Shown here: in pieces, positions 8,774 through 18,967 of the stretch
Position numbering within the stretch: position 1 is the stretch's first letter
Layout of the letters: every line of letters starts with the position of its first letter
DNA from: a bacterium
GTDB lineage: Bacteria > Patescibacteriota > Microgenomatia > Curtissbacterales > GWA2-41-24
Reading direction: 5' to 3'
Length of the DNA stretch: 64,000 nt
NCBI GenBank assembly: GCA_021813125.1
Contig: JAKALT010000001.1
Location: forward strand, 23-64,022
Position numbers and translations under genes: made by a program
Notes under the pieces: generated by a model
Seen by the model: only the letters and a program-made list of their open reading frames with translations
Told to the model about the DNA's origin: nothing
The model's database searches: none

Positions 8774-9539
8774 AAACTCAAAACCCAAAACTCAAAACGC
8801 AAAAGCTATAAAGTCCCAGCCGAAAGCTGGCCGTCCTCTGGACGAAAAAATCACAAAAGCCAAAAAAGAGGTTAAGAGTAAAAGAGTAATAGAGTCAAAA
8901 TCCCCAAACTCCAAAGGAAAAACCGCAGGTCTTTCAGCACCGCTTTTTGATATTGCAGGCAAAAGCCAGGGAACGATTAATCTTCCCAAAGAAATATTTG
9001 GCCAAAAACCTAACAAAAAACTTTTGGCTCAGGCACTCCGTGTTTATTTCGTAAATCAAACCTCACATTTTGCAAACACCAAAACAAGATCAGAAACACG
9101 CGGCGGAGGCAAAAAACCATGGCGTCAAAAAGGCACAGGAAACGCAAGAGCCGGTTCCAAAAGGTCGCCACTTTGGGTAGGCGGCGCGGTCGCTCTTGGG
9201 CCAAAACCCAGAAAAACCATATTAACCCTCCCCAAGAAAATGAAAAAGAAAGCACTAGTTTCCAGCCTTTCCCAAAAAGCATCAGAAGGCGCAATTAGTG
9301 TTGTTTCAAATTTCGAATCCATTAAGCCCAAAACTAAAGTTGTTGCAAATCTGCTTTTAAAATCAAATGCAAGCGGCTCAACACTTTTAGTGACTTCGCA
9401 AAATTCCCAAAGCATCAAGCTTGCTTCAAGAAATATTTCTAATGTTTCAGTTGATGAAGTAAGAAACCTGAACCCTTATTTAGTTTACAAAAGTAGAACA
9501 ATTATTTTTTCAAAGGAAGCAATAGGAAAACTATCATGA
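8763..9539 (+). CDS. rplD: 50S ribosomal protein uL4, with ~55-aa basic N-terminal extension
   Basis: TKTRSETRGGGKKPWRQKGTGNARAGS; SD GGAGG upstream. Confidence 0.98.
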   Translation: MPAKNSKPKTQNAKAIKSQPKAGRPLDEKITKAKKEVKSKRVIESKSPNSKGKTAGLSAPLFDIAGKSQGTINLPKEIFGQKPNKKLLAQALRVYFVNQTSHFANTKTRSETRGGGKKPWRQKGTGNARAGSKRSPLWVGGAVALGPKPRKTILTLPKKMKKKALVSSLSQKASEGAISVVSNFESIKPKTKVVANLLLKSNASGSTLLVTSQNSQSIKLASRNISNVSVDEVRNLNPYLVYKSRTIIFSKEAIGKLS

Positions 9540-9958
9540 TAAGAACATTCGTTATAAAAGAGGCAGTTCTCTCCGAAAAAGCACATCAACAGATGGCACG
9601 GGGAATTTACACTTTTCGCGTGGATAACAGGTCCACTAAAAAAGAAATAGCAAGCGCCATCAAAAAGCAGTTTGCTGTTGATGTTGTAAGCGTCAACATT
9701 ATTGCTCAATCGCCCAAAAAAAGGAGAATTACTGGCACACGCAGGGAAGTTGAAATAACCGGAGCAAAAAAAGCAATTATTAAGGTAAAACCTGGCCAAA
9801 CTATTGCAATGCTTTCGCCAAAGGCGGAGGGAAAGAAAGAGTCAAAGAGACAAAAAGCCAAAGAGATTAAGAAGCCGGAAGAAAAATCAGCAGCCATAAA
9901 TAAAGGTTTGCTATCAAAAATCAGAGGAAATAAATCAACAAAAGAAAAGGGTAACTAA
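9536..9958 (+). CDS. rplW: 50S ribosomal protein uL23, with basic C-terminal extension
   Basis: LSEKA, YTFRVD..TKKEI, KKAII; operon position. Confidence 0.95.
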   Translation: MIRTFVIKEAVLSEKAHQQMARGIYTFRVDNRSTKKEIASAIKKQFAVDVVSVNIIAQSPKKRRITGTRREVEITGAKKAIIKVKPGQTIAMLSPKAEGKKESKRQKAKEIKKPEEKSAAINKGLLSKIRGNKSTKEKGN

Positions 9959-9961
9959 TTC

Positions 9962-10783
9962 ATGGCACTTAGAATTTACAAACCTACAACTTCAGCGCAA
10001 AGGTTTAAATCCGGTCTAAATTTTATGGAGATCACAAAAACCGGACCGGAAAAATCTCTGATAAAAAGCCAAAACAGAGCCTCGGGTCGTTCCTTTGGAA
10101 AAATAACTGCACGGGGTATTGGCGGTGGTCACAAACAGCATTTTAGAATAATAGATTTCAAGAGAAACAAAAGAGACATTGTGGCCAGAGTTGCTTCAAT
10201 CGAATACGACCCAAACCGAACAGCCAATATTGCTCTTTTAAACTATGAAGACGGAGAAAAAAGATATATATTGGCTCCTTTAGGTCTTGAAGTTGGCGCT
10301 AAAATCACAACTTCCGACAAAACTGAGATTAAACCCGGAAACAGTATGCCGATCGGTAAGATGCCGATCGGAACAGTAGTCCATAATGTTGAGCTAATAC
10401 CAGGCGCTGGCGGCGCAATTGTAAGAAGCGCTGGAACGGGAGCAGTAATTGCAGCGCGCGAAGGAAACTACGTCCACCTAAAACTCCCCTCAAAAGAAGT
10501 TCGCAAAGTTCACACTTCATGCTACGCAACAATTGGTCAACTTGGAAATGTTGACTGGAAAAATATTTCTCTTGGAAAGGCCGGGAGATCTCGCCATATG
10601 GGTCGACGCCCTAAAGTCCGTGGTGTAGCAATGGATCCGGCTTCGCATCCGCATGGCGGCGGTGAAGGAAAATCTGGAACGGGTATGAATCCGAAAACCA
10701 GAAGCGGCAAACCGGCTTTTGGCAAAACCAGAAGACGCAGAAAACCGTCAAGCAGATTTATATTATCGAGGAGGAAGAAATAA
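9962..10783 (+). CDS. rplB: 50S ribosomal protein uL2
   Basis: IEYDPNRTANIAL, VRGVAMDPASHPHGGGEG. Confidence 0.99.
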   Translation: MALRIYKPTTSAQRFKSGLNFMEITKTGPEKSLIKSQNRASGRSFGKITARGIGGGHKQHFRIIDFKRNKRDIVARVASIEYDPNRTANIALLNYEDGEKRYILAPLGLEVGAKITTSDKTEIKPGNSMPIGKMPIGTVVHNVELIPGAGGAIVRSAGTGAVIAAREGNYVHLKLPSKEVRKVHTSCYATIGQLGNVDWKNISLGKAGRSRHMGRRPKVRGVAMDPASHPHGGGEGKSGTGMNPKTRSGKPAFGKTRRRRKPSSRFILSRRKK

Positions 10784-10784
10784 A

Positions 10785-11153
10785 ATGACTGAGCAATATA
10801 GACATCAAATAGATCCAACAACAATTTTATATATGCCCGACCAGCATCCATATAGATTTGGTCGAGTTTATGCTTCGGGTAGGGGAGATCAGCAAGGTAG
10901 AATATTTTTCCACGCATGGACTGCTGCTAAACCTAATTTGGAATCAGCACTTGAAGAAGCAAAAAGAACTGAAATAGGCTATGCTGCACCAGTTGTAGTT
11001 GGTCCAGATATTGATCGCGATGCAACTTGTAAAGCCAGAAAAGCTATGTTTAATCATCAAAGTCTAGGCATTTGGAAGGAAGAAGGAGCTGACAGTAAAA
11101 CGATGAAACTTATTCGAGGAAAACTGTCTCAAAGGAAAGGGAAAAATGTCTAG
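10785..11153 (+). CDS. Hypothetical 122-aa protein inserted between rplB and rpsS
   Basis: ATG 1 nt after the rplB stop; stop overlaps the rpsS start; no recognisable motif. Confidence 0.7.
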   Translation: MTEQYRHQIDPTTILYMPDQHPYRFGRVYASGRGDQQGRIFFHAWTAAKPNLESALEEAKRTEIGYAAPVVVGPDIDRDATCKARKAMFNHQSLGIWKEEGADSKTMKLIRGKLSQRKGKNV

Positions 11154-11430
11154 ATCAAGTAAAAAAGGTCCGTATGTAGACGAGAAATTGATGAAGAAAG
11201 TAATGACACAAAAAGAAGGTGGACAAAAATCCGCCATCAAAACCTGGGCCCGCGCAAGCCAGATTGCACCGGAATTTGTAAATCATACATTCTCAGTTCA
11301 TAATGGCCGGACTTTTATAAACGTATTCGTATCAGAACCGATGGTTGGTCATCGCTTGGGTGAATTTGCGCCGACTAGAACTTTTAGGGGTCACGGAAAA
11401 ATAACCGAAAAAGCAAAAGCCAAGAAATAA
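11146..11430 (+). CDS. rpsS: 30S ribosomal protein uS19
   Basis: [25 protein letters not shown]. Confidence 0.99.
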   Translation: MSRSSKKGPYVDEKLMKKVMTQKEGGQKSAIKTWARASQIAPEFVNHTFSVHNGRTFINVFVSEPMVGHRLGEFAPTRTFRGHGKITEKAKAKK

Positions 11431-11431
11431 T

Positions 11432-11863
11432 ATGGAAGTAACAGCTATAGCAAAAAACCAAAGAATTTCGCCCCAAAAGGCGAGGCTTGTTGTTGGCCAA
11501 ATTAAGAAAATGAAACCGCAAGAAGCTGTTCAGATTTTAGAATTTTTGCCGCAAAAGTCGTCACTCCTTATTCGAAAAGTGATTTTATCGGCTATTGCAA
11601 ATGCAAAAAATAACTATGATATTGCAGAAGAATCGCTAAAATTTAATCAAATTCAAATAGGCAGAGGCCCGATATTGAAAAGATATCGCCCTGTTGCAAG
11701 GGGAAGGGCGCACTCGATTTTAAAAAGGACTGCCAATATTAGGGTAGTTTTAGAAGGAGAGAAAAAAGCAGTATCAAAAGAGTTAAAACAACCAGAAAAA
11801 ACGATAACTGAAAAAAAGGAAATAAAATCAGAAAAGGAGAACACAAATGGGTCAAAAAGTTAA
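11432..11863 (+). CDS. rplV: 50S ribosomal protein uL22
   Basis: RISPQKARLV, SAIANA, LKRYRPVARGRA. Confidence 0.98.
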   Translation: MEVTAIAKNQRISPQKARLVVGQIKKMKPQEAVQILEFLPQKSSLLIRKVILSAIANAKNNYDIAEESLKFNQIQIGRGPILKRYRPVARGRAHSILKRTANIRVVLEGEKKAVSKELKQPEKTITEKKEIKSEKENTNGSKS

Positions 11864-12485
11864 TCCAATAGGTTTTCGCATGGGTGGTATTTATACCTGG
11901 AGCTCACGCTGGTTTGCGCCAAAGGGCGAGTTTGCCAAAAACCTCTTGGAAGATAACCAAATCAGAAAATTTTTGATGCAACATTTAAAAAACGCGGGAA
12001 TATCCAAAGTTGAAATTGAAAGGTTCTTTGACAAAAGAACCATAATAGTCCATGTTTCAAGACCTGGTGTTGCAATTGGAAGAGGTGGAACAGGAGTAGA
12101 ACAGTTAAAAGAATTATTGCTCAAAAAATTACAGATTAAAGATGCAGGAAAACTTGAAATAAAATTTGAGGAAATAAAAACACCCGACCTGGACGCATAC
12201 CTCGTTGCAGTTGGGATTGCTGACCAATTGGCCCGGAGAATTCCGTTTAGAAGAATAATGAATCAATCGCTCGAAAGGATCAAAAGGTCCGGTGCAAAAG
12301 GTGCAAGAATTGCCCTATCCGGCAGGCTTGGCGGTACCGAAATCGCCAGACGTGAGGTATTAAAGGATGGCGCAATTCCGCTTCAGACAATACGAGCAGA
12401 AATTGATTTTGCAAAAGTAGATGCAAAAGTACCAAAGGCTGGAATAATTGGAATAAAAGTTTGGATATATAAAGGGGAATCATAA
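11847..12485 (+). CDS. rpsC: 30S ribosomal protein uS3
   Basis: [30 protein letters not shown]. Confidence 0.99.
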   Translation: MGQKVNPIGFRMGGIYTWSSRWFAPKGEFAKNLLEDNQIRKFLMQHLKNAGISKVEIERFFDKRTIIVHVSRPGVAIGRGGTGVEQLKELLLKKLQIKDAGKLEIKFEEIKTPDLDAYLVAVGIADQLARRIPFRRIMNQSLERIKRSGAKGARIALSGRLGGTEIARREVLKDGAIPLQTIRAEIDFAKVDAKVPKAGIIGIKVWIYKGES

Positions 12486-12889
12486 TGCTTGCACCAAAAC
12501 GCGCGAAATTTAGGAAACAATTCAGAAACCGAAGAAAAGGCCTTGCCGTTCGAGGTAGCAGTCTCTCGTTTGGGTCTCATGGCCTGAAGAGCCAGCAGAC
12601 AGCATGGATTACTGCTCGCCAAATTGAGGCAGCTCGTCGTGCAATGACTCATTACACCAAACGTGGGGGAAGAATTTGGATAAGAATTTTTCCGGATAAA
12701 CCTGTGACTAAAAAACCGGCAGAAACTAGAATGGGCTCTGGAAAAGGAGACGTTGACCATTTTGTAGCAGTAGTTAAACCGGGTGCAATTTTATTTGAAA
12801 TGGGATCAATTGATTCTACTGTTGCCCTGGAAGCGCTAAGATTAGCCGCCCACAAATTGCCTATAAAAACAAAAATAATATCAAGATGA
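12485..12889 (+). CDS. rplP: 50S ribosomal protein uL16
   Basis: [25 protein letters not shown]. Confidence 0.99.
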   Translation: MLAPKRAKFRKQFRNRRKGLAVRGSSLSFGSHGLKSQQTAWITARQIEAARRAMTHYTKRGGRIWIRIFPDKPVTKKPAETRMGSGKGDVDHFVAVVKPGAILFEMGSIDSTVALEALRLAAHKLPIKTKIISR

Positions 12890-13134
12890 AAAATAAAGAT
12901 TTACAAGAATTAAAGACAAAATCCTTAAAAGAGGTAAGAGGTAGTATTTCTACTCTTGAAAAAGAAATGGTAAATGCGACACTCGAGCTTAAGATGGGCA
13001 AGATAAAAAATGTTCATCAAGTTGCTCAAATCAAAAGAAGTATTGCCCAGGGCCAAACTATTGCCCGCATGAAAGAGATTCTTGAAAAAGAAAACCAAGA
13101 AAAGATAAAAGGAGTAAAAGATGCCGCAAATTAA
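12886..13134 (+). CDS. rpmC: 50S ribosomal protein uL29
   Basis: Operon position; [15 protein letters not shown] pattern. Confidence 0.9.
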   Translation: MKNKDLQELKTKSLKEVRGSISTLEKEMVNATLELKMGKIKNVHQVAQIKRSIAQGQTIARMKEILEKENQEKIKGVKDAAN

Positions 13135-13351
13135 AACCGGTACTGTGATATCAACAAAGATGCTAAAGACCGCCGTAGTCAAAATAGATACTGTCGTCAA
13201 GCACCCTTTATACAAAAAGCAAATTAAAAGGTCAAAAAAAATTAAAGCCCGTGATGAAATTGGCGTTAAGGTAAACGACAAGGTAAAAATTGTTGAAACG
13301 AAACCTATTTCAAAAAACGTTAACTTTAAAGTTTTGGAGGTTATTAAATAA
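13121..13351 (+). CDS. rpsQ: 30S ribosomal protein uS17
   Basis: [27 protein letters not shown]. Confidence 0.97.
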   Translation: MPQIKTGTVISTKMLKTAVVKIDTVVKHPLYKKQIKRSKKIKARDEIGVKVNDKVKIVETKPISKNVNFKVLEVIK

Positions 13352-13719
13352 TGCTTGCACCCAGATCAATTCTAACTGTTGCCGACAACAGCGGTGCCAA
13401 AAAATTAGTAGTTATTGGCATCGGAAAAGGGACAGGAAAGAGATTTGCAAAAGTCGGTGATATTATCACTTGCGCTGTTCGTGGAGCAATACCAAACAGC
13501 CAGGTTAAAGATCACGAAATAGTCAAAGCGTTAATTGTCAGAACCAGAAAAGAAATAAGACGGCGGGACGGATCTTATGTTAGGTTTTCGGACAATGCAG
13601 CAGTAGTTGTTGACAATAACAACTTGCCGAGAGCAACTCGTATTTTTGGTCCTATAGCAGGTGAAATTAAAAAGAAAGGTTTTTCTAAAATCGCTTCACT
13701 CGCAAAGGAGGTAATTTAA
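13351..13719 (+). CDS. rplN: 50S ribosomal protein uL14
   Basis: [23 protein letters not shown]. Confidence 0.99.
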   Translation: MLAPRSILTVADNSGAKKLVVIGIGKGTGKRFAKVGDIITCAVRGAIPNSQVKDHEIVKALIVRTRKEIRRRDGSYVRFSDNAAVVVDNNNLPRATRIFGPIAGEIKKKGFSKIASLAKEVI

Positions 13720-13720
13720 T

Positions 13721-14038
13721 ATGCTTAAATTTCAAATCGGTGATGAGGTAAAAATTACAGCAGGCAGAGAGAAGGGTAAAAAAGGAAAAGTTGAAAAAGT
13801 TCTACCCAAAGAATCCAAAGTTGTAGTAGGGGGAATTAATGTTTACAAAAGACACAAAAAGGTTACAAGGACACAGCCGGCAGGAATTTATGAGATCACG
13901 AGACCTATCTCGATTGCATCGGTGAGTCTTCTGTGTCCCAAATGTGGTAAGCAAACAAGAGTGGGTTTCACAAAAGACGGAAAAACAAAAAACAGAATAT
14001 GCAAAAAGTGCAAAAGCAGGATAACTGTGAAGGAGTAA
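13721..14038 (+). CDS. rplX: 50S ribosomal protein uL24
   Basis: GDEVKITAGREKGKKG KOW motif; CPKC...CKKC. Confidence 0.97.
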   Translation: MLKFQIGDEVKITAGREKGKKGKVEKVLPKESKVVVGGINVYKRHKKVTRTQPAGIYEITRPISIASVSLLCPKCGKQTRVGFTKDGKTKNRICKKCKSRITVKE

Positions 14039-14039
14039 T

Positions 14040-14585
14040 ATGAATAATCTTTATAAAAAATACAAAGAAGAAATTTTACCGATCCTAAGGGAAGAGTTTA
14101 ACATTGCAAACGATTTGGCGGCTCCGGCCATAAAAAAAGTGGTACTCAATGTAGGAGCTGGTGAAGCACTTTCAAGTAAAGATGTTATTGGAAAAATTAA
14201 GGATCAAGTCGCCCAAATTACTGGACAAAATCCAAGGATAACGCTTGCGAAGAAATCGATCTCAACCTTTAAGCTTAAAAAAGGTGACGCAATCGGTGTA
14301 ATGGTCACACTAAGAGGCAAAAAAGCTTGGGATTTTATAGAAAACTTTATTTCAATTGTAGTTCCAAGAATGAGAGATTTTAGAGGATTGGAAAAAACAA
14401 AATTCGATCATATGGGAAATTATAATTTAGGAATTACAGAACAAATTTTATTTCCCCAAATTGAGTACTCAAAAGTCGACAAAATAAGGGGCCTTGAAGT
14501 AACCTTTGTAATATCAAATAGTAATCCGGAAAAATCCGCAAGGTTTTTTGAAATAATGGGATTACCATTTAGAAAAAGTACATAA
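14040..14585 (+). CDS. rplE: 50S ribosomal protein uL5
   Basis: ITGQNP, VTLRG, PRMRDFRG. Confidence 0.99.
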   Translation: MNNLYKKYKEEILPILREEFNIANDLAAPAIKKVVLNVGAGEALSSKDVIGKIKDQVAQITGQNPRITLAKKSISTFKLKKGDAIGVMVTLRGKKAWDFIENFISIVVPRMRDFRGLEKTKFDHMGNYNLGITEQILFPQIEYSKVDKIRGLEVTFVISNSNPEKSARFFEIMGLPFRKST

Positions 14586-14598
14586 ATAAATTTAAAAT

Positions 14599-14784
14599 AT
14601 GGCAAAAACATCTAAAATCGTAAAAAACGATAAAAAACAAAAATTTGCAAATCGTAGAAGGAATCGCTGCAAATTGTGTGGGAGACCAAGAGGTTATCTT
14701 AGAAAGTTTGCACTTTGCAGAATTTGTTTTAGGGATCTAGTTCATAAAGGAGAAATTCCGGGTGTTAAAAAGTCATCCTGGTAA
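14599..14784 (+). CDS. rpsN: 30S ribosomal protein uS14, zinc-binding type
   Basis: [26 protein letters not shown]. Confidence 0.98.
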   Translation: MAKTSKIVKNDKKQKFANRRRNRCKLCGRPRGYLRKFALCRICFRDLVHKGEIPGVKKSSW

Positions 14785-14909
14785 ACAATATGAAAACTAA
14801 AGGTTTCAAAATAAATATCAAAAGTGGATCAGGTTTTGCCTGGACAAAACCATCGAATGAAGAAAGGGGGATATTCTCGGAAAGCCGTTAGGTTTGCCGT
14901 TAAAATTTT

Positions 14910-15287
14910 ATGGACTCGATTGCAAACATGATAGTTGTAATTAAAAACGGGTACCTTGCACGCAAGGACGAAATTGTCTTGCCCTTTTCAAGGTTTAGGT
15001 TTGAAGTTGCAAAAGCCCTCGAAAAAGCAGGCTTTGTGGCTAAAGTCACGAAATCAGAAGGCACCATAAAAGTAGATCTCCTTTATTCTGAAAACAGAAA
15101 ACCGAGGATCACAGAAATTAAAAAAGTATCCAAACAAGGATTGCGACTCTACACCAAAAGTAAAAATATCCGCCCGGTAAAAGGCGGGAGGGGCATGACA
15201 ATTATTTCTACCTCGCAAGGTGTTATGACTCAAAAAGAAGCGCAAAAGAAAAATTTGGGAGGGGAGGTCATTTGCCGAGTTTGGTAA
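14910..15287 (+). CDS. rpsH: 30S ribosomal protein uS8
   Basis: DSIANM, IISTSQGVMT, GGEVICRVW. Confidence 0.98.
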   Translation: MDSIANMIVVIKNGYLARKDEIVLPFSRFRFEVAKALEKAGFVAKVTKSEGTIKVDLLYSENRKPRITEIKKVSKQGLRLYTKSKNIRPVKGGRGMTIISTSQGVMTQKEAQKKNLGGEVICRVW

Positions 15288-15296
15288 ATAGTTTCT

Positions 15297-15839
15297 ATGT
15301 CAAAAATCGGAAAATTACCAATAAATATACCATCAACTGTCTCAGTCATCATTGAGGGCCACGAGGTCAGCGTTAATGGCCCAAAAGGAGAGTTGAAATT
15401 TATGTTTCGCCCAGAAGTTAAAGTTGACTTGGAAAATGGCCAGCTTAAGATTTCCAGAAGGTCTGAAACCAAAATTGCCAAAGCACTGCACGGCCTAACC
15501 AGAAGTATTTTGGCAAACATGGTCAAAGGTGTTGTTGAAGGACATCAAAAAGTTTTGGAGCTTGTGGGCGTCGGTTATCGTGCAACAAAACAAGGCGAAA
15601 ATTTAGTATTAAACGTTGGCTATTCGCACCCGGTTGTGATTCAACCGGTAAATGGTATCGAGCTCGAAACCAAGGAGAATAAAATTATTGTTTCCGGACC
15701 GGACAAAGTAATAGTTGGAGAAGTTGCAGCAAAAATAAGAAGAATCCGCCCACCGGAACCCTACAAAGGCAAAGGAATAAAATATCAAGGGGAATTTATT
15801 CGCAGAAAGGCTGGAAAGGCTGTTAAAGCAGCATCATAA
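15297..15839 (+). CDS. rplF: 50S ribosomal protein uL6
   Basis: MSKIGKLPI, RPPEPYKGKGIKY. Confidence 0.99.
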   Translation: MSKIGKLPINIPSTVSVIIEGHEVSVNGPKGELKFMFRPEVKVDLENGQLKISRRSETKIAKALHGLTRSILANMVKGVVEGHQKVLELVGVGYRATKQGENLVLNVGYSHPVVIQPVNGIELETKENKIIVSGPDKVIVGEVAAKIRRIRPPEPYKGKGIKYQGEFIRRKAGKAVKAAS

Positions 15840-15841
15840 AT

Positions 15842-16204
15842 ATGATAAATAAAAAACAGCAAAAAAGACAAAGACATATAAGGGCAAGGAAAAAGTTGAC
15901 TGGCACCCAATTGGCACCACGGCTTTCGGTTTTTCGATCGTCAAAATATATTTACGCTCAGATCATAGATGACACGGTCATGAAAACAATTGTTTCCTCA
16001 TCAGATGTTAAATCAAAAAACAAGGCAAAAAGCGAAGAAGGAACTATAAAAATTCAATCTGCTTTTGCAGTTGGCCAAGATTTAGCGACAAAAGCGCTAG
16101 CTAAAAAAGTAAAAAAGGTTGTTTTTGACTCCGGAGGCAATAAGTACCATGGACGTGTTAAAGCACTCGCCGACGGAGCAAGAAAAGGAGGTTTAATTTT
16201 CTAA
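15842..16204 (+). CDS. rplR: 50S ribosomal protein uL18
   Basis: [32 protein letters not shown]. Confidence 0.99.
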   Translation: MINKKQQKRQRHIRARKKLTGTQLAPRLSVFRSSKYIYAQIIDDTVMKTIVSSSDVKSKNKAKSEEGTIKIQSAFAVGQDLATKALAKKVKKVVFDSGGNKYHGRVKALADGARKGGLIF

Positions 16205-16662
16205 TGGTAAGAGATTCAAGATATATCCCGGAAGTTAAAGAATTTGAAGAAAAAGTGATTCAGGTCAATCGTGTCTCTAAAAAAACACAAGGCGGCAACC
16301 AGATGAGCTTTTCGGCACTAGTTGTTATTGGCGACAGAAAAGGTCGTGTTGGCGTCGGGTTGGGAAAGTCAAAAGATGTCGCATCAGCTATCAGAAAAGG
16401 TGTAAATCTCGCTAAAAAACACTTGATTACTGTCCCGGTTGTAAGAGGCACAATTCCGCATGATATTTTTATTAAAAAAGGAGCAGCAAAAATTTTGCTA
16501 AAACCAGCCCCTGAAGGTTCTGGAGTTATCGCCGGCGGGGCAGTTAGAGCAGTCGTAGAAGCTGCTGGTATAAGAAACATTTCCAGTAAAGTTTTAGGCA
16601 CTAAAAATCAGGCTTCCAATGTTTATGCAACACTTGAAGCATTAAGGAGCTTTCTAGTATGA
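16204..16662 (+). CDS. rpsE: 30S ribosomal protein uS5
   Basis: [28 protein letters not shown]. Confidence 0.99.
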   Translation: MVRDSRYIPEVKEFEEKVIQVNRVSKKTQGGNQMSFSALVVIGDRKGRVGVGLGKSKDVASAIRKGVNLAKKHLITVPVVRGTIPHDIFIKKGAAKILLKPAPEGSGVIAGGAVRAVVEAAGIRNISSKVLGTKNQASNVYATLEALRSFLV

Positions 16663-17117
16663 ATTTAAAAGACCTTCCTAAACAAAAAGCAAAAAGTGCT
16701 AAAAGAATTGGCAGAGGTCCGGGGACTGGAAAAGGGAAAACGTCCGGTCGCGGTCAAAAGGGTCAAAATGCTAGGGGCAAACTGCCAATCACCCACTCTC
16801 ATTTCGAAGGTGGTCAGAGGCCACTTATAAAAAGACTCCCTTACCGAAAAGGCAAAGGTAACCGCAAGGTATCCAAAAAGCCAATTGTAGTCAACCTCAA
16901 AACGATTAACGTTTTACCCAAAGGAGAAGTTGTCACAATTGATTCTCTAATAAAGTACAAAATCGTTGATAAAAACGACGCAAAGATATACGGCGTAAAA
17001 ATACTCGGCGACGGAACACTTTCTAACTCCTACAAATTTAATATCAAAACATCAAAAAGCGCCGCCGAAAAAATTAAAAAAGCTGGCGGAGAAATAATGG
17101 CTTCAAAGTCAAAATAA
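16659..17117 (+). CDS. rplO: 50S ribosomal protein uL15 (follows rpsE directly; no rpmD)
   Basis: [29 protein letters not shown]. Confidence 0.98.
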   Translation: MNLKDLPKQKAKSAKRIGRGPGTGKGKTSGRGQKGQNARGKLPITHSHFEGGQRPLIKRLPYRKGKGNRKVSKKPIVVNLKTINVLPKGEVVTIDSLIKYKIVDKNDAKIYGVKILGDGTLSNSYKFNIKTSKSAAEKIKKAGGEIMASKSK

Positions 17118-17118
17118 G

Positions 17119-18408
17119 GTGAGATATTTAAATTTACTGCTCAAAATATTTAAAGTAAAAGATTTAAGAAAAAAAATCCTATTCACCGCTTTTATTTTTT
17201 TAATTTTTAGAATATTTGCCCAAGTTCCCGTTCCCGGAGTCGATATTTTGCGCTTGAAAAGTTTATTTGCAGAAAGCCAACTGCTCTCTCTTTTGGACAT
17301 ATTCTCCGGCGGTACTCTGGCAAACTTTTCGGTCATGTCGCTGGGTTTAAACCCATATATTAACGCAAGCATCATAATGCAGCTATTGCAGATGGTTTTC
17401 CCAAAGCTAGAAGAACTTGCCAAAGAAGGTGAAGCCGGTCGCGAAAAAATTAACCAATATACAAGGTATCTAACAGTTCCCCTTGGAGCGGTTCAGGCTT
17501 TTGGAATTTATATTCTCCTTAAAAACGCCAACATTTTAACAACCATTAATCCACTGACGCTTCTATCCCTGGTTGTGACAATTACCGCAGGGACATTACT
17601 TTTAATGTGGCTTGGTGAATTAATCTCGGAAAAGGGAATCGGGAACGGAATTTCCATGATAATATTTGCTGGAATCGTTGGCCGGCTTCCCATTAGTTTA
17701 TTCCAGCAGTTGTCAGTTTTTGACCCGTCGCAGCTTAGAAATATTTTAATTTTTGCCGCGATGGCAGTTGTTGTTGTAGTGTCAATTGTAATCGTCACAG
17801 AAGCCCAACGCCCCATAAGGGTTCATTATTCAAGAAGAGAAGCCCAGGGTGCCCAAAATGCAGTTTCAAGTTTTATACCGTTTCGGGTTAATCAGGCAGG
17901 TGTAATTCCAATTATCTTTGCCGTATCTCTAATTCTACTGCCAACAACCTTTGGAAGATTTTTTGAACGGTCTCCAAACGTAGTCCTTGCCAATCTTGCA
18001 CAGGAACTCCAGCGCCTATTTTCGCCTGGTAATAATGTTTACAGCGTGGTGTACTTTTTTCTTGTGATAATTTTCACCTATTTTTACACGACTGTTGCTT
18101 TCAACACAAAGCAAATTTCTGAAATGCTTATGAAGCAAGGAGGTTTTTTACCAGGTATAAGACCAGGGACTCCAACAAAAAAATATCTGGATTATGTATC
18201 TTTAAGAGTCACACTTTTTGGCGCAATCTTTCTGGGTATCATCGCCGTCTTACCGTCTATAGGCCAGCGTTTAACAGGTATCAATAATCTTTTGATTGGG
18301 GGGACCGGAATCTTAATAGTAGTTGCAGTAATTCTGGAAACAACTAAACAAGTCGAATCCCACATGGTAATGAGCGACTACGACACTTTTCTTAAAAAAA
18401 GAGGTTAA
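17119..18408 (+). CDS. secY: Preprotein translocase subunit SecY
   Basis: [39 protein letters not shown]. Confidence 0.99.
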   Translation: MRYLNLLLKIFKVKDLRKKILFTAFIFLIFRIFAQVPVPGVDILRLKSLFAESQLLSLLDIFSGGTLANFSVMSLGLNPYINASIIMQLLQMVFPKLEELAKEGEAGREKINQYTRYLTVPLGAVQAFGIYILLKNANILTTINPLTLLSLVVTITAGTLLLMWLGELISEKGIGNGISMIIFAGIVGRLPISLFQQLSVFDPSQLRNILIFAAMAVVVVVSIVIVTEAQRPIRVHYSRREAQGAQNAVSSFIPFRVNQAGVIPIIFAVSLILLPTTFGRFFERSPNVVLANLAQELQRLFSPGNNVYSVVYFFLVIIFTYFYTTVAFNTKQISEMLMKQGGFLPGIRPGTPTKKYLDYVSLRVTLFGAIFLGIIAVLPSIGQRLTGINNLLIGGTGILIVVAVILETTKQVESHMVMSDYDTFLKKRG

Positions 18409-18412
18409 AATT

Positions 18413-18967
18413 ATGAAATTTGTATTTTTGGGCGGACAAGGTTCCGGTAAATCGACACAAGCAAAACTTTTGGCGGATTATTTAAATTTGCCTTTGGTTG
18501 AAATGGGACAAATCTTCCGGGAAAAATCTCAAGACAATGACGAAGAAGGTCAAGCTATTCGCGACCGCCTTGCTGCGGGCGAGCTTGTTCCTGACAATAT
18601 CGCAGTAAGCACATTGCAGAAAAAAATCAGCAATGCGGATTTCAAAGAAGGTTACATTCTAGATGGTTATCCAAGAAATGCCGCTCAACTCGAAGGATTG
18701 GAACCAGATATAGATAAAGTTTTTTTCGTGAAAGTGTCGGACGAAGAAGCAATAAAAAGGCTCAGCCTAAGAGCCAGGGCAGACGATTCAAAAGAAGCTT
18801 TAAGGCGCAGACTTCAAATTTATCATGAGCAAACAGAACCGTTGCTAGAGAAATTTAATGAAGAGGGAAAACTAATAACCATAGAAGGCGAAAGAACAAT
18901 AGAAGAAATACATAATGATATTAGAGAAAGAGTTACAAACTATGAAAAACAATTGGATCAAAAATAA
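18413..18967 (+). CDS. adk: Adenylate kinase (short-LID type)
   Basis: GGQGSGKSTQA, ILDGYPR, RADD. Confidence 0.93.
   Translation: MKFVFLGGQGSGKSTQAKLLADYLNLPLVEMGQIFREKSQDNDEEGQAIRDRLAAGELVPDNIAVSTLQKKISNADFKEGYILDGYPRNAAQLEGLEPDIDKVFFVKVSDEEAIKRLSLRARADDSKEALRRRLQIYHEQTEPLLEKFNEEGKLITIEGERTIEEIHNDIRERVTNYEKQLDQK

Noticed and set aside
11120-11150. End of the inserted ORF (LSQRKGK) as a duplicated rplB tail (LSRRKK)
   Set aside because: Too short and too diverged at nucleotide level to distinguish from chance
9536-12889. Alternative genetic code (TGA = Gly, as in Gracilibacteria)
   Set aside because: TGA ends conserved genes at expected positions (rplD, rplP, rpsE, rpoA), and long genes show no internal TGA
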